Source: an uncultured Candidatus Actinomarina sp.
GTDB lineage: Bacteria; Actinomycetota; Acidimicrobiia; Actinomarinales; Actinomarinaceae
Assembly: GCA_902533795.1 (NCBI GenBank)
Contig: CACAND010000005.1
Location: 847 to 64,846 of the forward strand
Direction of reading: 5' to 3'
Length of the DNA: 64,000 nt
A program made the translations under genes and the position numbers. Positions 8,062 through 22,629 of the stretch are shown here, in pieces (position 1 is the stretch's first letter; each line of letters starts with the position of its first letter). The notes beneath the pieces are model-generated. The model saw only the letters and a list, made by a program, of their open reading frames with translations. It made no database searches and was not told the origin of the DNA.

Positions 8062-11000
8062 TTGTCCGCTGTTCAGAATTCTAGGCTTTCGTTTGCAAAA
8101 ATTCCAAAAGTTCTAGATATTCCAGATTTATTAATTGTCCAAAAAGATTCGTTTAAATGGTTTATTGAAGAAGGATTAAAAGAAATACTTGATGAGATTT
8201 CTCCTATTGAAGATTTCTCAGGAAGATTTTCACTTGAATTTCTAAATCATTTTTTTGAGGAACCACTTAAATCTTTGGAAGAATGTAAAATTACTGATTC
8301 AACCTATTCTCAACCACTATATGTGACTGCACAGTTTTTAGACAGAGAAACCGGCCAAATTAAGCAACAAACTGTATTCCTTGGAGATTTTCCAATCATG
8401 TCAGATACTGGAACATTTATTATTAATGGAACTGAAAGAGTTATCGTAAGTCAACTTGTAAGATCACCAGGTGTATATTTTTCACAAGAAATAGACAAAA
8501 CTTCCGATAAAGAAATTTTTATTGGAAAAATGATACCTGGAAGAGGGGCCTGGCTCGAATTTGACACAGACAAACGAGATACCGTTGGAGTTAGAGTTGA
8601 TAGAAAAAGACGACAACACATCACTGCATTTTTAAGAGCACTTGGTGTAATTGAAACTAAAGAAGAAGCTATCGAACTCTTCGGAGACTACCCATCAATC
8701 CAAAATACGATTGAAAGAGATCCTGATACTACTCCAGAAGCAGCCCTAATTGATCTTTACAGAAAACTAAGACCTGGTGAACCAGCAACTGTTGAATCTG
8801 CAAGAAATTTAGTAAAACAAATGTTTTATACCCCAAAAAGATATGACCTAACAAAAGTAGGAAGATATAAAGTTGAGCAAAAACTTGGTAGAGACTATGG
8901 AGAAAAAGATGCGGAAACATATTCAACTGAAATTGATGGCATGTTACAAATTGAAGACATAATTGACACCATAAAATATGTTGTAGCACTTCATGCAGGG
9001 GATGAAAATTTTGAAAATAAATTAGGAAGAACTATTCCAGTAAGACTTGATGATATCGATCACTTTGGAAACCGAAGGATAAGAACTGTTGGGGAACTTG
9101 TTCAGAATCAGGTAAGAGTGGGACTTAGTCGTTTAGAAAGAGTTGTCAGAGAACGTATGACAACACAAGAACCCGAAGCAATTACGCCTCAGTCATTAAT
9201 TAATATAAGGCCAATACAAGCATCATTAAAAGAATTTTTTGGAACAAGTCAATTAAGTCAATTTATGGATCAACCTAACCCAATTGCTGCCTTGACTCAT
9301 AGAAGAAGATTGTCAGCACTTGGCCCAGGTGGACTTTCAAGAGAAAGAGCAGGTTTCGAAGTTAGAGACGTACATCCATCCCACTATGGAAGAATGTGTC
9401 CGATTGAAACGCCAGAAGGACCAAATATTGGATTGATTGGTACTTTAGCTACATATGGAAGAGTAAATCGTTTTGGTTTTATTGAAACCCCATATTGGAA
9501 AGTAGAAAATGGTGTAGTAAAAACCAACAAAGCTGTTTATCTTACTGCATCTCAAGAAGATGAATATACGATTGCACAAGCAAATGCTCCTCTTAATGAT
9601 GACGGAACATTTCAAAACAAAAGAGTTTTATGTAGACAAAATGGTGGTCAAGTTTCTTTCGTAATGGATAAAGATATTGACTATATGGATGTGAGTCCAA
9701 AACAGATTTGTTCAGTGACAACTGCATTAATCCCATTTTTAGAACACGATGATGCCAACAGAGCGTTGATGGGATCAAACATGCAGAGACAAGCCGTACC
9801 ACTTGTAACAACAGAAGCACCTTACGTAGGTACAGGGATGGAAGAGAATGTTGCTCGAGATTCAGGAGAAGCCTTGATATCCCCAATTGCTGGTGAAGTA
9901 GTTTCAGTTACTGGTGATGAAATAACTCTAAAAGAGAATGAAACAAACAAAAAGTTTACATTTGAAGTCAAAAAATTCAAAAGATCAAATCAAGCAACTT
10001 CTGTTAATCAAAAACCACTCGTAAGAGTCGGATTAAAAGTTAAACCAGGGGACGTTTTAGCAGATGGACCAAGTACTCAAGGTGGTGAACTAGCTTTAGG
10101 GAAAAATCTATTGGTCGCATACATGCCATGGGATGGATACAATTTTGAAGATTCAATAGTAATTTCTGAACGATTAGTTAAAGAAGATGTTTTAACTTCC
10201 GTCCATATTGCTGAGCATGAGATAGAGGCTCGTGATACCAAGTTAGGTGAGGAAGAGATCACAAGAGATATTCCAAATGTAGCTGAAGAAGTTTTAATGG
10301 ACTTAGATGAAATGGGAATCGTTAGAATCGGTGCAGAGGTCACTCCTGGTGATTACTTGGTTGGTAAAGTCACTCCAAAAGGTGAAACTGAATTAACTCC
10401 CGAAGAAAGATTATTAAGAGCGATTTTTGGTGAAAAAGCTAGAGAAGTTAGAGATACCTCTTTAAGAGTTCCTCATGGAGAAAGAGGCAAAGTAATTGAC
10501 GTACAAATCCTTAAAAGGGATGACGGAGCTGACTTACCTCCTGGTGTGAATCAAAAAGTCCGAGTGTATGTTGCCATACAAAGAAAAATTCAAGTAGGAG
10601 ATAAATTATCTGGAAGACACGGAAACAAGGGTGTTATTTCAAAGATAAATCCTATTGAGGATATGCCCTTTTTGGAAGATGGCACTCCAGTGGATATTTT
10701 ACTATCTCCACTTGGTGTTCCAAGCAGAATGAACTTAGGTCAAATTTTAGAGACTCATTTAGGATGGGCAGCAAATGAAGGATGGAATGACTTTAAGGGT
10801 AAATCAAAAGCCTCAAATGGTGCAAAACCTGGAACTTTAGTGTCAACTCCTGTATTTGATGGTGCAGATGAAGATGAAATACATCAAATTTTAAAAAATG
10901 TTAATCCAAATAGGGATGGAAACCTTCTTGTTAATGAAGATGGAAAAGCAACATTATATGACGGTAGGACTGGAGAAAAGTTTGATTCAAAAATCACCGT

Positions 11001-11451
11001 AGGCTACACATATATATTGAAGTTAATCCATCTAGTTGATGAAAAAATACATGCAAGATCAACTGGCCCATACTCAATGATTACTCAACAACCACTTGGT
11101 GGTAAAGCACAGTTTGGAGGTCAAAGATTTGGAGAAATGGAAGTATGGGCATTAGAAGCTTATGGTGCTAGTTATGCTCTTCAGGAACTTTTAACAATAA
11201 AATCGGACGATACCGTAGGAAGAGTTAAAGTTTATGAATCAATCGTTAAAGGTGACAATATTCCAGAACCAGGAATACCAGAGTCCTTTAAAGTTCTTCT
11301 TAAAGAAATGCAAAGTTTATGTCTCAATGTGGAAATACTATCTGCTGGCGAAGAAATCTCAATGAAGGAAATCAGTGACGAATATGTCAAAACTGCAGAA
11401 ACACTTGGCATTGATATGACAAGACCAGAAGAAGATGAGGCAGAATTATAA
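8062..11451 (+). CDS. rpoB: DNA-directed RNA polymerase subunit beta
   Basis: 1129 aa; TTG start after SD gaggagg; rifampicin-cluster and catalytic motifs. Confidence 0.97.
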   Translation: MSAVQNSRLSFAKIPKVLDIPDLLIVQKDSFKWFIEEGLKEILDEISPIEDFSGRFSLEFLNHFFEEPLKSLEECKITDSTYSQPLYVTAQFLDRETGQIKQQTVFLGDFPIMSDTGTFIINGTERVIVSQLVRSPGVYFSQEIDKTSDKEIFIGKMIPGRGAWLEFDTDKRDTVGVRVDRKRRQHITAFLRALGVIETKEEAIELFGDYPSIQNTIERDPDTTPEAALIDLYRKLRPGEPATVESARNLVKQMFYTPKRYDLTKVGRYKVEQKLGRDYGEKDAETYSTEIDGMLQIEDIIDTIKYVVALHAGDENFENKLGRTIPVRLDDIDHFGNRRIRTVGELVQNQVRVGLSRLERVVRERMTTQEPEAITPQSLINIRPIQASLKEFFGTSQLSQFMDQPNPIAALTHRRRLSALGPGGLSRERAGFEVRDVHPSHYGRMCPIETPEGPNIGLIGTLATYGRVNRFGFIETPYWKVENGVVKTNKAVYLTASQEDEYTIAQANAPLNDDGTFQNKRVLCRQNGGQVSFVMDKDIDYMDVSPKQICSVTTALIPFLEHDDANRALMGSNMQRQAVPLVTTEAPYVGTGMEENVARDSGEALISPIAGEVVSVTGDEITLKENETNKKFTFEVKKFKRSNQATSVNQKPLVRVGLKVKPGDVLADGPSTQGGELALGKNLLVAYMPWDGYNFEDSIVISERLVKEDVLTSVHIAEHEIEARDTKLGEEEITRDIPNVAEEVLMDLDEMGIVRIGAEVTPGDYLVGKVTPKGETELTPEERLLRAIFGEKAREVRDTSLRVPHGERGKVIDVQILKRDDGADLPPGVNQKVRVYVAIQRKIQVGDKLSGRHGNKGVISKINPIEDMPFLEDGTPVDILLSPLGVPSRMNLGQILETHLGWAANEGWNDFKGKSKASNGAKPGTLVSTPVFDGADEDEIHQILKNVNPNRDGNLLVNEDGKATLYDGRTGEKFDSKITVGYTYILKLIHLVDEKIHARSTGPYSMITQQPLGGKAQFGGQRFGEMEVWALEAYGASYALQELLTIKSDDTVGRVKVYESIVKGDNIPEPGIPESFKVLLKEMQSLCLNVEILSAGEEISMKEISDEYVKTAETLGIDMTRPEEDEAEL

Positions 11452-14400
11452 TGGAAAAAATTTTTGATGAATTAAGCATTAGTCTTGCCACTTCTGATCA
11501 AATGAGGAGTTGGTCTTTTGGTGAAGTTAAAAAACCAGAAACAATTAATTACAGAACTCTCAAACCTGAAAAAGAGGGCTTATTTGACGAAAGAATTTTT
11601 GGTCCAACAAAAGATTGGGAATGCTCTTGTGGAAGGTATAAAAGAATCAGATATAGAGGGATAGTCTGTGAAAGGTGTGGAGTAGAAGTAACAAGACGTG
11701 AAGTTCGAAGGGAAAGAATGGGGCATATTGAACTTGCTGCTCCAGTTACACATATTTGGTATTTCAAAGGAGTACCAAGCAGGCTTGGGTATTTCCTTGA
11801 CATGTCTCCAAAAGAATTAGAAAAAGTCATATACTTTGCTGCGTATTTGGTTGTTTCAATTGATGACAAGAAAAGGACTAAAGATTTATCTGAAATTGAA
11901 GAAGCTGTTGAAGCAGAAGTAGAAATTGTTGAAGAAGAGTTTACTGAGTGGGAAGTCAAAAGACTTAAACAAATGAAAGTTGAATTAAAAGCAATGGAAA
12001 ATGCAAAAGTTCCTGAAGCTGAAATTCAATTAAGGACAAAAGAAATTGAAAAAGAGATCAAGCAAAAGAAATCTAAATCTGATGCAGAGATAAAAGTAAT
12101 TCAAGAAGCTTTTTCTACACTAAAAACTCTAAAACCTAAAACTCTTATAGAGAATGACACACTATGGCGTGAAATGATTGACAAGTATGATGAATATTTT
12201 ACTGGTGGAATGGGAGCGGAGGCAGTCAGAGAATTAGTACAACTAGTTGACCTAAAATCTGAAATGCAAAAGCTTAAAGGAGATTTAGATTCAAAATCCG
12301 CTCAAAGACGACAAAGAGCAATACAAAGAATGAAAGTGATAAAACCATTTGCTGATGGAAAAAATCCACCTGAAGCTATGATTCTCGAAGTTATTCCAGT
12401 TATTCCTCCTGAATTAAGACCGATGGTTCAGCTTGACGGTGGAAGATTTGCTACTTCAGATTTAAATGATTTATATAGAAGACTTATAAATCGTAATAAT
12501 AGATTGAAAAAGCTTATTGAACTCGGTGCACCAGACATAATTATTAGTAATGAGAAAAGAATGCTCCAAGAGTCTGTTGATGCATTATTTGATAATGGTC
12601 GAAGAGGACGAGCAGTAGCTGGAGCAGGCGGTAGAGGACTTAAATCACTATCTGATATGTTGAAAGGTAAACAGGGAAGATTTCGTCAGAACTTACTTGG
12701 AAAACGTGTTGACTACTCTGCCAGATCAGTAATCGTTGTAGGTCCACACTTAGATCTTCAGCAATGTGGATTACCAAAGATGATGGCTCTAGAATTATTC
12801 AAACCATTCGTTATGAAAAGGCTTGTTGAGCTAGGTTTAGCTCAAAATATTAAATCTGCAAAACGAATGGTTGAAAGGTCAAGAGCTCAGGTCTGGGATG
12901 TTTTAGCTGAAGTAATAGAAGAACACCCTGTCTTATTAAATAGAGCTCCGACTTTACACAGACTAGGTATTCAAGCTTTCGAGCCAATATTAGTTGAGGG
13001 TAAAGCCATTCAAGTTCATCCTCTTGTTTGTGAAGCTTTTAATGCAGACTTTGATGGTGACCAAATGGCAGTTCACGTGCCTTTGTCAGCTGAAGCTCAG
13101 GCTGAAGCAAGGGTACTAATGCTCGCAACAAATAATGTTTTATCTCCTGCAAGTGGAAACCCAATAGTCTCGCCTAGTCAGGACATGGTAATAGGTCTTT
13201 ACTACATAACAGAATGTCATGATGATTTAGAAACAGCTGAGCATGCTTTCGTTGATGCGAACGAAGCACAATTGGCTTATGAAGCAGGACATATAACTTT
13301 ACAAACACCTATAAAGGTCAGAGTAGGCGATCTTGCAGGCTCAGAAGAAATTTATAATAAAATTAAAAATAGATTTTCGGAGTTATTAACTCCTGAATAT
13401 ACATCTGGAGACGTACTTACAAATACAACCCTTGGAAGATTACATTTCAATGCAATATTACCTTCAGACTTCCCATATATAGAAGCTTCTGTAAGAAAGC
13501 CACAAATGAAAAAAATAATTTCAGAAGTAATTGAAACATATAATAAAGCTGAACTTCGTGAATTCTTAGATTCTATGAAAAGAGTAGGATTTAATTTTGG
13601 TGCTAAAGCGGGCCTATCTGTTGCAATGACAGACGTAAAAACTCCTCCAAGTAAAAATCAAATTCTTGAAAAATATGAAAACGAAGCTGAAAAAGTCGAG
13701 AAATTATTTAAACAAGACATAATTACTGAAACAGAGAGAAAACAAAAAATTATTGAAATTTGGAATGAAGCTACAGACCAAGTGCAATATGCCATGAGCG
13801 CAGAATTAGAATCTGAAAGATTTAACCCAGTTGATATGATGGTCAAATCTGGAGCAAGAGGCAACATGATGCAAGTAAGACAGCTTGCTGGTATGCGTGG
13901 ACTTGTTGCTAATCCTAAAGGTGACATCATTGAAAGACCGATTAAAAGTAACTTTAGAGAAGGCATGTCAGTTCTTGAATATTTTATTTCAACTCACGGT
14001 GCGAGAAAAGGTCTTGCTGACACAGCATTAAGAACTGCAGACTCTGGATATTTAACAAGAAGATTAGTAGATGTTGCAGCTGGAATTGTTGTTAAAGACG
14101 GCGGCGATGAAAATATTGACTGGAGGGGAACTAATAAAAAAACAGTAGATAAAAATGGCAAGCCTTCTAAATATCTACATTCAACTTTATTTGGAAGAGT
14201 GCTTAGTGAGGATATAAAGAAAGACAAAAAAACTATCGAATTTGCTGATGGGAGGAAATTATCAAAGGGAACTTACATTGATGCTGAGGCTTTAGATGTC
14301 ATATCTAAGTCGGGAGTTGAATCAGTAAACGTCTTAACACCTTTTAACTCTTTAGATCCTGAGTCAATGGATGCGCTGTGTTATGGTTTTAGTCTTGCAA

Positions 14401-15374
14401 CAGGAAAGCCAGTAGAAGATGGTGAAGCTGTTGGTATCATATCTGCACAGTCAATTGGTGAACCAGGAACGCAACTTACAATGAGAACATTTCATACTGG
14501 TGGGGTTGTAGGTCTAGATATCACATCAGGACTTCCTAGAATTGTTGAGCTGTTTGAAGCAAGAACTCCAAAAGGTAAATCAGTTCTTTCTTTGATAGAT
14601 GGAAAGGTTAAATCAGTTGATATGACTGAAGAAGGCAATCGTATCCTAACAATACAAAATGAAAAAGAAGAAATCGAACTTTTAGTTTTAAGGAGACAAA
14701 CACTCCTTGTAAATCAAGGTGACAGTGTTGAGGCTGGACAAGCGTTAACGACTGGGCCAAAAGATCCAAAAGAAGTCTTACAAGTAAATGGTATCCGAAA
14801 ATGCCAAGAATATTTGGTTGATGAGGTCCAAAAAACTTATCGTGATCAAGGAGTTGAAGTTCATGATAAGCATGTCGAAATGATTGTAAGACAAATGTTG
14901 AGAAGAGTAAGAATTGTTAGACCAAACGATTCTGACCTTCTACCAAATGAATTGATAGATGCAACTTTATTCAGAAGCATCAATCAAGGATTAGTTAAAG
15001 ATGGAAAAACACCAGCTGAAGGCAGGCCTGAACTGATGGGTATCACAAAAGCTAGCTTAGCGACAGATTCGTGGTTGTCAGCAGCGTCTTTCCAGGAAAC
15101 AACAAGGGTATTAACTGAGGCAGCTATGAAGAAAAGTACGGACTCACTTTCAGGGCTAAAAGAGAATGTAATAATTGGTACACTTATACCAGCTGGAACA
15201 GGTTCAAATGCATATCAAAAACTTGTACCAACTCTTCCAGGCGCTCAAGAAGTATCAGAAATTGGGTTTGCAACTCCATCGTCTGCTTCAGAAGATTCAG
15301 AGGATGAAGGTTTACCAAATCCAGCTCAATGGCTAGCTATGTTAGGCGAAGAAGGAGACGAAGATACAGAGTAA
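11451..15374 (+). CDS. rpoC: DNA-directed RNA polymerase subunit beta'
   Basis: 1307 aa; zinc-binding [20 protein letters not shown]; NADFDGD catalytic motif; start overlaps rpoB stop. Confidence 0.97.
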   Translation: MEKIFDELSISLATSDQMRSWSFGEVKKPETINYRTLKPEKEGLFDERIFGPTKDWECSCGRYKRIRYRGIVCERCGVEVTRREVRRERMGHIELAAPVTHIWYFKGVPSRLGYFLDMSPKELEKVIYFAAYLVVSIDDKKRTKDLSEIEEAVEAEVEIVEEEFTEWEVKRLKQMKVELKAMENAKVPEAEIQLRTKEIEKEIKQKKSKSDAEIKVIQEAFSTLKTLKPKTLIENDTLWREMIDKYDEYFTGGMGAEAVRELVQLVDLKSEMQKLKGDLDSKSAQRRQRAIQRMKVIKPFADGKNPPEAMILEVIPVIPPELRPMVQLDGGRFATSDLNDLYRRLINRNNRLKKLIELGAPDIIISNEKRMLQESVDALFDNGRRGRAVAGAGGRGLKSLSDMLKGKQGRFRQNLLGKRVDYSARSVIVVGPHLDLQQCGLPKMMALELFKPFVMKRLVELGLAQNIKSAKRMVERSRAQVWDVLAEVIEEHPVLLNRAPTLHRLGIQAFEPILVEGKAIQVHPLVCEAFNADFDGDQMAVHVPLSAEAQAEARVLMLATNNVLSPASGNPIVSPSQDMVIGLYYITECHDDLETAEHAFVDANEAQLAYEAGHITLQTPIKVRVGDLAGSEEIYNKIKNRFSELLTPEYTSGDVLTNTTLGRLHFNAILPSDFPYIEASVRKPQMKKIISEVIETYNKAELREFLDSMKRVGFNFGAKAGLSVAMTDVKTPPSKNQILEKYENEAEKVEKLFKQDIITETERKQKIIEIWNEATDQVQYAMSAELESERFNPVDMMVKSGARGNMMQVRQLAGMRGLVANPKGDIIERPIKSNFREGMSVLEYFISTHGARKGLADTALRTADSGYLTRRLVDVAAGIVVKDGGDENIDWRGTNKKTVDKNGKPSKYLHSTLFGRVLSEDIKKDKKTIEFADGRKLSKGTYIDAEALDVISKSGVESVNVLTPFNSLDPESMDALCYGFSLATGKPVEDGEAVGIISAQSIGEPGTQLTMRTFHTGGVVGLDITSGLPRIVELFEARTPKGKSVLSLIDGKVKSVDMTEEGNRILTIQNEKEEIELLVLRRQTLLVNQGDSVEAGQALTTGPKDPKEVLQVNGIRKCQEYLVDEVQKTYRDQGVEVHDKHVEMIVRQMLRRVRIVRPNDSDLLPNELIDATLFRSINQGLVKDGKTPAEGRPELMGITKASLATDSWLSAASFQETTRVLTEAAMKKSTDSLSGLKENVIIGTLIPAGTGSNAYQKLVPTLPGAQEVSEIGFATPSSASEDSEDEGLPNPAQWLAMLGEEGDEDTE

Positions 15375-15466
15375 AAACTTATGAAGAATTCATTGTTGTA
15401 AGTTCAAATCTGTCATATACTTCTTTTTCGGTAATAAAAAATTAACTTTTTTAGATTGGAATTTTT

Positions 15467-15835
15467 ATGCCTACAACTCAACAATTAGTGAGAAAAGGAC
15501 GTAAGTCAAAGGTGTCTAAAGAAAAAACACCTGGACTGAAAGGGTCTCCTCAGAGGAGAGGTGTTTGCACGCGTGTTTATACAGTTACACCAAAGAAACC
15601 AAACTCTGCCCTTAGAAAAGTTTGCAGAGTTAGATTATCCACTGGCACTGAGGTGACTGCCTATATTCCTGGTGAAGGTCATAATTTACAAGAACACTCT
15701 ATTGTTTTGGTAAGAGGTGGCAGGGTTAAAGATTTACCTGGTGTCAGATATAAAGTTATTAGAGGAGCATTAGACACTTCAGGTGTTACCGATAGAAAAC
15801 AGGCTCGATCAAGATATGGAAGTAAAAAAGGTTAA
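15467..15835 (+). CDS. rpsL: 30S ribosomal protein S12
   Basis: 122 aa [13 protein letters not shown]...[11 protein letters not shown] canonical S12. Confidence 0.95.
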   Translation: MPTTQQLVRKGRKSKVSKEKTPGLKGSPQRRGVCTRVYTVTPKKPNSALRKVCRVRLSTGTEVTAYIPGEGHNLQEHSIVLVRGGRVKDLPGVRYKVIRGALDTSGVTDRKQARSRYGSKKG

Positions 15836-15840
15836 AAATT

Positions 15841-16308
15841 ATGAGAAGGGGACCATCACTCAAAAGAAAAACTGAAGCCGATCCAATTTTTAACAGTGTC
15901 CTTGTATCCCAATTAACAAATCAAGTTTTATTAGATGGCAAAAAAGATGTTGCTAGAAGTATCGTTTATAAATCCTTAGAACTTGTTGAAAAACAAGCAG
16001 GAGGCGATCCTTTAAATGTTTTAAAATCTGCATTTGAAAATGTCAAGCCACAAATTGAAACAAAATCAAGAAGAGTTGGTGGGACAAATTATCAAGTACC
16101 TATGGAAGTTCCTCATAGAAGAAGTACAACACTTGCAATAAGGTGGATTGTTGATGCTGCAAGAAAAAGAGGAGAAAAAACTATGTCTGATAGGTTAGGA
16201 AGAGAATTATTAGATGCAAGCAACAATACAGGAGCTGCTGTAAAGAAAAAAGAAGATGTACATAAGATGGCAGAATCAAATAGAGCATTCGCTCATTACA
16301 GGTGGTAG
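15841..16308 (+). CDS. rpsG: 30S ribosomal protein S7
   Basis: 155 aa, str operon position. Confidence 0.95.
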   Translation: MRRGPSLKRKTEADPIFNSVLVSQLTNQVLLDGKKDVARSIVYKSLELVEKQAGGDPLNVLKSAFENVKPQIETKSRRVGGTNYQVPMEVPHRRSTTLAIRWIVDAARKRGEKTMSDRLGRELLDASNNTGAAVKKKEDVHKMAESNRAFAHYRW

Positions 16309-16313
16309 TAAAT

Positions 16314-18404
16314 ATGTCAGAGAGAACAGTTGAACTTAAAAATTTAAGAAACATTGGAATCATGGCTCATATTGATGCTGGCAAAACTACTCTTACCGAA
16401 AGAATTTTATACTACACAGGAAAAACCTACAAAATTGGAGAAGTCCATGATGGTGCTGCTGTTATGGATTGGATGGAACAAGAACAAGAAAGAGGGATTA
16501 CGATCACATCTGCAGCAACTACCTGTAGCTGGGCCGATCACACAATTAATATCATTGATACACCTGGTCACGTTGATTTCACAGTTGAAGTTGAAAGATC
16601 ATTACGTGTTTTAGATGGAGCAGTGGCAGTTTTTGATGGTGTAGCTGGTGTAGAACCTCAGTCTGAAACAGTATGGAGACAAGCAGACAAATATAATGTT
16701 CCAAGAATATGTTTTATAAATAAGCTCGATAGAACTGGAGCTAATTTTGATGATGACGTTCAATCAATAGTTGAAAGACTTGAAGCTAAACCAGCAGTTT
16801 TACAAATACCTATTGGATCTGAGGCTGACTTTATTGGTGTTATTGACTTAATTGAAATGAAAGCTCATACTTGGACAAAAGATGATGGCTCTGAGTGGGA
16901 TATAAGTGAAATATCAGATGATAAATTAGAAGAAGCAAAAACAAAAAGAGCAGAATTATTGGATATTGTTGCAGAAGCTGATGATGAGGTTTTAGAAAAA
17001 TATTTAAGTGATGAGGAATTATCTGTGGCTGAGATTAAAAAAGCAATTAGACAAGGAACATTAGCTGGCTTATTTGTACCTGTATTAGCGGGAAGTGCAT
17101 TTAAAAATAAAGGAGTACAACTTCTTTTAGATGCCGTTGTTGATTATTTACCATCACCATTAGACATTGAGCCCGTCTCAGGATTTAAACCTGGCAAAGA
17201 AGATGATGAAATCAATAGAGAACATTCTGATGATGAGCCATTTTCTGCTCTTGCATTTAAAGTAGTCAGTGACCCTCACGTTGGTAAATTAACTTACTTT
17301 AGAGTTTATTCAGGGACATTAAGTAAAGGTGACAAAGTTGTTAATACAACTACTGGAAAAGACGAAAGGCTTGGAAGAATTCTTAGAATGCATTCAAACT
17401 CTAGAGAAGATATTGATTTTATATCTACTGGAGATATCGTTGCAGGCGTAGGATTGAAAAATGCAAAAACAGGTGATACATTATCCGATTCCAGCAATCC
17501 TATTCAATTAGAATCTATGACATTTCCAGAGCCTGTTATTTCTGTAGCCATTGAGCCAAAATCAAAAGCTGATGAAGAAAAGCTTTCAGAGGGATTACAA
17601 AAGTTGGCAGAAGAAGATCCAACTTTTAGAGTCAATTCAGATGAAGAAACTGGTCAAACTATTATTTCTGGAATGGGTGAACTTCACTTGGATATATTAG
17701 TTGATCGATTAAAACGAGAATTTAAAGTCGAAGCAAATATTGGTAAACCTCAAGTTGCATACAGAGAAGCTTTGAAGAAGAAGACTGATATTGAAGCAAA
17801 ATATATTAGACAAAGCGGAGGAAGAGGCCAATACGGTCATGTGATAATGGAGCTAGAACCAATTGAGGATGGATACGAATTTGTAGATTTAATTAAAAGT
17901 GGGCGAATTCCTAAAGAGTATATTCCTTCTGTTAATGCTGGGGTAGAAGCTGCAATGGAATCTGGAGTTCTAGCGGGCTATCCTCTTGTAAATATGAGAG
18001 CAACTTTGAAAGATGGTACTTATCATGATGTTGATTCCTCAGAAATGGCCTTCAAAATTGCTGGATCGATGGCACTAAAAGACGGAGCAAAAAAAGCTGG
18101 AGTAAAACTACTGGAGCCTATTATGACTGTAGAGGTAGTAACACCTGAAGATTTTATGGGAGATGTTGTCGGAGATCTTTCTTCAAGAAGAGGAAAGATA
18201 GCTGAAATGGGACAAAGAGGATCGGCAAAAGTTGTCAGTGCTAAAGTTCCATTATCAGAAATGTTCGGATACGCAACAGATTTGCGTTCAAGAACTCAAG
18301 GCCGTGCAACATTCACGATGCAGTTTGATAGTTATGAAGACGTCCCAGACGCTATAACTAAAGAAATAACTGCAAGTGTTCGTGGAGTAGAGGTTGAAGT
18401 TTAG
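16314..18404 (+). CDS. fusA: elongation factor G
   Basis: G-domain [21 protein letters not shown]; ATG 16314 preferred over GTG 16302 which overlaps the rpsG stop. Confidence 0.95.
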   Translation: MSERTVELKNLRNIGIMAHIDAGKTTLTERILYYTGKTYKIGEVHDGAAVMDWMEQEQERGITITSAATTCSWADHTINIIDTPGHVDFTVEVERSLRVLDGAVAVFDGVAGVEPQSETVWRQADKYNVPRICFINKLDRTGANFDDDVQSIVERLEAKPAVLQIPIGSEADFIGVIDLIEMKAHTWTKDDGSEWDISEISDDKLEEAKTKRAELLDIVAEADDEVLEKYLSDEELSVAEIKKAIRQGTLAGLFVPVLAGSAFKNKGVQLLLDAVVDYLPSPLDIEPVSGFKPGKEDDEINREHSDDEPFSALAFKVVSDPHVGKLTYFRVYSGTLSKGDKVVNTTTGKDERLGRILRMHSNSREDIDFISTGDIVAGVGLKNAKTGDTLSDSSNPIQLESMTFPEPVISVAIEPKSKADEEKLSEGLQKLAEEDPTFRVNSDEETGQTIISGMGELHLDILVDRLKREFKVEANIGKPQVAYREALKKKTDIEAKYIRQSGGRGQYGHVIMELEPIEDGYEFVDLIKSGRIPKEYIPSVNAGVEAAMESGVLAGYPLVNMRATLKDGTYHDVDSSEMAFKIAGSMALKDGAKKAGVKLLEPIMTVEVVTPEDFMGDVVGDLSSRRGKIAEMGQRGSAKVVSAKVPLSEMFGYATDLRSRTQGRATFTMQFDSYEDVPDAITKEITASVRGVEVEV

Positions 18405-18442
18405 GCTTTTTAAAAGTTTGAACTTTTAGAAAAGGAGAAAAT

Positions 18443-19627
18443 ATGTCAAAAGAAAAATTTGACCGAAGCAAGCCTCATGTGAATATTGGGACAATGGGCC
18501 ACATTGACCATGGGAAAACAACACTGACGGCCGCAATAACTAAAGTTTTGGCTGATGCTGGTGCAGGTGAGGCAACTGCTTTCGATGAAATAGATAAAGC
18601 ACCAGAAGAAAAAGAAAGAGGAATAACAATTCAGATAGCACACGTTGAGTACGAGACAGAAAACCGTCACTATGCTCACGTTGATATGCCTGGACATGCT
18701 GATTATGTAAAAAATATGATTACAGGTGCAGCTCAGGTAGATGGTGCAATTCTTGTTGTTTCCGCAGCTGATGGTCCAATGCCACAAACAAGAGAGCACG
18801 TTCTTCTTGCAAGACAAGTTGGTGTACCAGCGATAGCAGTCTTTCTTAATAAAGTTGACCAAGTTGACGATGATGAACTACTTGATCTTGTAGAAATGGA
18901 AGTTAGAGAACTTTTAAATGAGTATGATTTCCCTGGAGATGACGTACCTGTAGTTAAAGGATCTGCACTTGCAGCACTAGAAGGAAAAGAAGATGGTGTC
19001 AGTGCGGTTCTTGAATTGATGGAACAAGTTGACTCTTATATTGAAGAACCAGTAAGAGTAGTTGACAAGCCTTTCCTTATGCCAGTCGAAGATGTATTTT
19101 CTATAACTGGTCGAGGAACTGTTGTTACAGGAAGAATCGAGCAAGGCATAGTAAATGTAAATGATGAAGTAGAAATTGTTGGTATTAGAGAAACAACCAA
19201 ATCAGTTTGTACAGGTGTTGAAATGTTTAGAAAACTCTTAGACGAGGGTAGAGCAGGAGACAATGTTGGCTTGCTATTAAGAGGTATAGACAAAGAAGAT
19301 GTAGAGAGAGGTCAGGTTATTGCTGTACCAGGATCTATTACACCTCATACAAAATTTGAGGCCGAAGTATATGTTCTTACAAAAGAAGAAGGTGGGAGAC
19401 ACAATCCTTTCTTTAAAGGATATAGGCCGCAGTTTTATTTCAGAACCACTGATGTTACAGGTGAGGTAACTTTAGGTGATGGAACTGAGATGGTTATGCC
19501 TGGAGATAATGTTGCGATATCAGTTGAACTTATATCTCCAATTGCAATGGAAGAGGGCGTTAAATTTGCAATTAGAGAAGGTGGAAGGACTGTTGGAGCA
19601 GGACAGGTGACAAAAGTTATAGAGTAA
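18443..19627 (+). CDS. tuf: elongation factor Tu
   Basis: 394 aa, [27 protein letters not shown] motifs. Confidence 0.97.
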   Translation: MSKEKFDRSKPHVNIGTMGHIDHGKTTLTAAITKVLADAGAGEATAFDEIDKAPEEKERGITIQIAHVEYETENRHYAHVDMPGHADYVKNMITGAAQVDGAILVVSAADGPMPQTREHVLLARQVGVPAIAVFLNKVDQVDDDELLDLVEMEVRELLNEYDFPGDDVPVVKGSALAALEGKEDGVSAVLELMEQVDSYIEEPVRVVDKPFLMPVEDVFSITGRGTVVTGRIEQGIVNVNDEVEIVGIRETTKSVCTGVEMFRKLLDEGRAGDNVGLLLRGIDKEDVERGQVIAVPGSITPHTKFEAEVYVLTKEEGGRHNPFFKGYRPQFYFRTTDVTGEVTLGDGTEMVMPGDNVAISVELISPIAMEEGVKFAIREGGRTVGAGQVTKVIE

Positions 19628-19638
19628 ATAAAACTTAA

Positions 19639-19670
19639 CCGGGAGTAGAATTCTACTCCCGGTTTTTTTT
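19639..19670 (+). terminator. rho-independent terminator after tuf
   Basis: ccgggagtaga-attc-tactcccgg hairpin followed by T8. Confidence 0.85.
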
Positions 19671-19679
19671 GAGGAAAAA

Positions 19680-19997
19680 ATGGCAAAACAAAAAGATCAA
19701 CAAATAAGAATAAAGCTAAAAGCTTATGACAACTATGTTGTTGATGAATCTGCACGAAAAATTGCAGAAACTGTTTTGAAAACTCAAGCAAAAGTCAAAG
19801 GACCCATTCCATTACCAACTCAGATACATAGATATTGTGTAATTAGATCACCTCATGTTGATAAAAAATCTAGAGAACATTTTGAAATGAGAATTCACAA
19901 AAGGCTTATTGATATTGTTGAGCCAACTCCAAAAACAGTTGATTCTTTGATGAGATTAGATTTACCTGCAGGTGTTGAAGTAGAGATAAAGTTATGA
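19680..19997 (+). CDS. rpsJ: 30S ribosomal protein S10
   Basis: 105 aa, first gene of S10 operon. Confidence 0.95.
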   Translation: MAKQKDQQIRIKLKAYDNYVVDESARKIAETVLKTQAKVKGPIPLPTQIHRYCVIRSPHVDKKSREHFEMRIHKRLIDIVEPTPKTVDSLMRLDLPAGVEVEIKL

Positions 19998-20626
19998 AAT
20001 CAATTATCGCAAAAAAAATAGGGATGACTCAGTTATTTGATGAAAATTCTGTTGCTTTAGGAGTAACTTTATTGGATGTTTCTGGGTGTCGTGTTGTTCA
20101 GATAAAGTCTGATGAAAATGATGGTTATAACGCAGCACAATTAACAATTGGTTCAGCTAAGAAAGTTGTAAAGCCTTTACAAGAGCATTATAAAAAATAC
20201 AATGTTGAGCCTGGAGAAGGTTTATTTGAAGTTCCTATTCACGAAGAAGGCACACTTGAGTCAGGAAAAGAAATCAATGTAAGTGATTTCTTTGAGGTTG
20301 GAGATAAAGTTGATATAACTGGATTTTCCAAAGGAAAAGGATTTTCAGGAGTAATGAAAAGGCATAATTTCTCTGGACAGAAAGCAAGCCATGGGGTCCA
20401 TAAAGTTCATAGAGCAGGTGGCTCTATTGGAAACGCATCATATCCTGGCCATGTATTCAAAGGCACAAAAATGGCTGGAAGAATGGGAAATCAAAAAACA
20501 ACTATTCAGTCAGTGACAGTAGTTGAAGTAAATAAAGAAAAAAATTATTTACTTGTAAATGGATCTGTACCAGGAAGTAAGGGAAACATAGTTCAAATAT
20601 CTTCAGCAATAAAGGTAAATTCATGA
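19994..20626 (+). CDS. rplC: 50S ribosomal protein L3
   Basis: 210 aa, S10-operon order. Confidence 0.95.
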   Translation: MKSIIAKKIGMTQLFDENSVALGVTLLDVSGCRVVQIKSDENDGYNAAQLTIGSAKKVVKPLQEHYKKYNVEPGEGLFEVPIHEEGTLESGKEINVSDFFEVGDKVDITGFSKGKGFSGVMKRHNFSGQKASHGVHKVHRAGGSIGNASYPGHVFKGTKMAGRMGNQKTTIQSVTVVEVNKEKNYLLVNGSVPGSKGNIVQISSAIKVNS

Positions 20627-21243
20627 GTGTAAAATTAAAAACCTTTTCCTTAAAAGACAAAAAAGCATCCGACAAACAATACGATTTTAATTTGGAGGAA
20701 GATGTGAATATCGGACTTTTACATCAAGTAACAAAAGGGAATAGAACTAACGCAAGAAATAACACTGCATCTGTTAAAACAAGATCCCAAGTTTCTGGAA
20801 CCGGGGCAAAGCCATGGGTTCAAAAAGGAACAGGAAGGGCTAGACATGGCTCTTTACGTTCTCCAATATTTGTTGGAGGGGGTATAGCTCATGGTCCAGG
20901 TGGAAGAGTTTACAAAGATAGAACACCAAAAAAAATGAAGCAAAAATCTTTAAACATGTCACTTTCAAACCGAATATTAGAAAATTCAGTTTTTGTTATT
21001 GACGGTTCAGGTATTGAGAAGCCTTCTACAAAAGTAGCATCAGAAGCCCTTAAAGAATTATCAATATCGAAATCATTTGTTTTTGTATATGCAGAAGATG
21101 ATGATTTTTTAATTAAATCATTTAGAAACCTAAAAAAAGCTAAAGTTACATCAGTTAAAAAACTTTCCACTTTTGATGTTATTTCTAATGAAGTAGTAGT
21201 TTTTAGTGAAAATGCGATGAACAGTATATTGGATAAAAAATGA
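20623..21243 (+). CDS. rplD: 50S ribosomal protein L4
   Basis: 206 aa, S10-operon order. Confidence 0.93.
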   Translation: MSVKLKTFSLKDKKASDKQYDFNLEEDVNIGLLHQVTKGNRTNARNNTASVKTRSQVSGTGAKPWVQKGTGRARHGSLRSPIFVGGGIAHGPGGRVYKDRTPKKMKQKSLNMSLSNRILENSVFVIDGSGIEKPSTKVASEALKELSISKSFVFVYAEDDDFLIKSFRNLKKAKVTSVKKLSTFDVISNEVVVFSENAMNSILDKK

Positions 21244-21527
21244 AGTATTTAGAAGATGTATTAATTCAACCATTAATATCTGAGAAGTCTTATGATCGGA
21301 TTGCAGATTCAAATTCCTATACTTTTTTTGTTCACACAAGTTCTACAAAGCCTGAAATTAAAAGAGCTGTTGAAGAAATATTTGAAGTTGATGTGCTGTC
21401 AGTTAATACAATGTATAAAAAAGGAAAAAAGAAAAGGTTTGGATATGTTTTAGGTCAACAAAGCACAAGAAAAGTTGCAATTGTTACCCTCGGAGAGGGT
21501 CAAACTATAGAGGCTTTTGGGGTATAA
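21240..21527 (+). CDS. rplW: 50S ribosomal protein L23
   Basis: 95 aa, S10-operon order. Confidence 0.93.
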   Translation: MKYLEDVLIQPLISEKSYDRIADSNSYTFFVHTSSTKPEIKRAVEEIFEVDVLSVNTMYKKGKKKRFGYVLGQQSTRKVAIVTLGEGQTIEAFGV

Positions 21528-21529
21528 AT

Positions 21530-22363
21530 ATGGGATCAAAAAAAATCAGACCAATTACTCCAGGAATGAGAGGACACGTAACAGGGGATTTTAGTGAAAT
21601 TACTAAATCTAAGCCTGAAAAAAATCTTTTACAATCAAAAAAATCAACTGGTGGTAGAAATAATAAGGGGAGGATTACCTCTAGACATAGGGGCGGTGGC
21701 CATAAGCAAAAATATAGAGTAGTAGATTTCAAAAGGACAAAAGACGGTATACCAGCTAAAGTTGCTGGAATTGAATATGATCCAAATAGAAATTCTAGAA
21801 TTGCTTTATTGCATTACGTTGATGGTGAGAAGAGCTACATAATTGCTCCTGATGGTGTATATGAGGGAAGCATGGTTGAATCTGGATCTAAAGCTGAAAT
21901 TAAAGATGGTAATTGTTTACCGTTAAGAAACATTCCGGCAGGAACTTTTGTTCATGCAGTTGAGTTAAGACCAGGTGGTGGTGCAAAAATGGCAAGATCC
22001 GCTGGATCATCTGTTCAATTAATGAGTAAAGAATCTGGATTAGCGTTACTTAGATTACCTTCTGGTGAGATGAGAACGGTCTCAATGGACTGTAGAGCAA
22101 CTATTGGAAGTGTTGGAAATGCTGAAGCAGAATTAACCAAACTCGGCAAAGCTGGTAGAAAAAGATGGAAAGGCGTAAGGCCACAAACAAGAGGTGTTGC
22201 GATGAACCCTGTTGACCACCCACTTGGAGGTGGCGAAGGAAAATCATCTGGAGGAAGAACTCCTGTGAGTCCTTGGGGTAAACCAGAGGCAAAGACGAGA
22301 AAAAAGAAAAAATACAGCAATAAATCAATTGTTCGAGGTCGATCACAAAAAGGCAGAAACTAA
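21530..22363 (+). CDS. rplB: 50S ribosomal protein L2
   Basis: 277 aa, conserved HPxGGGEG region. Confidence 0.95.
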   Translation: MGSKKIRPITPGMRGHVTGDFSEITKSKPEKNLLQSKKSTGGRNNKGRITSRHRGGGHKQKYRVVDFKRTKDGIPAKVAGIEYDPNRNSRIALLHYVDGEKSYIIAPDGVYEGSMVESGSKAEIKDGNCLPLRNIPAGTFVHAVELRPGGGAKMARSAGSSVQLMSKESGLALLRLPSGEMRTVSMDCRATIGSVGNAEAELTKLGKAGRKRWKGVRPQTRGVAMNPVDHPLGGGEGKSSGGRTPVSPWGKPEAKTRKKKKYSNKSIVRGRSQKGRN

Positions 22364-22365
22364 TA

Positions 22366-22629
22366 ATGACAAGAAGTTTACGAAAAGGACCATTTGTAGA
22401 TAACCATCTATTGGTAAAAGTAGAAGATGCGCAAAACTCTGGTAATAAAAGTGTTATCAAAACATGGAGCAGAAGATCTACTGTAGTTCCAGAAATGGTA
22501 GGTCTGACAATAGCTGTACATAATGGAAAACAACATATCCCAATCTTTATAACTGAGGCAATGGTTGGACATAAATTAGGAGAGTTCGCGCCTACAAGAA
22601 CTTTTAGAGGACACCCAGGACAAAGCTAA
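22366..22629 (+). CDS. rpsS: 30S ribosomal protein S19
   Basis: 87 aa [12 protein letters not shown]... Confidence 0.95.
   Translation: MTRSLRKGPFVDNHLLVKVEDAQNSGNKSVIKTWSRRSTVVPEMVGLTIAVHNGKQHIPIFITEAMVGHKLGEFAPTRTFRGHPGQS

Noticed and set aside
15375-15466. rpoC–rpsL spacer examined for terminator/ncRNA
   Set aside because: Contains only a short EcoRI-centred palindrome (atgaagaattcat) and no T-tract; insufficient for a terminator or structured RNA call. It probably just holds the str-operon promoter.
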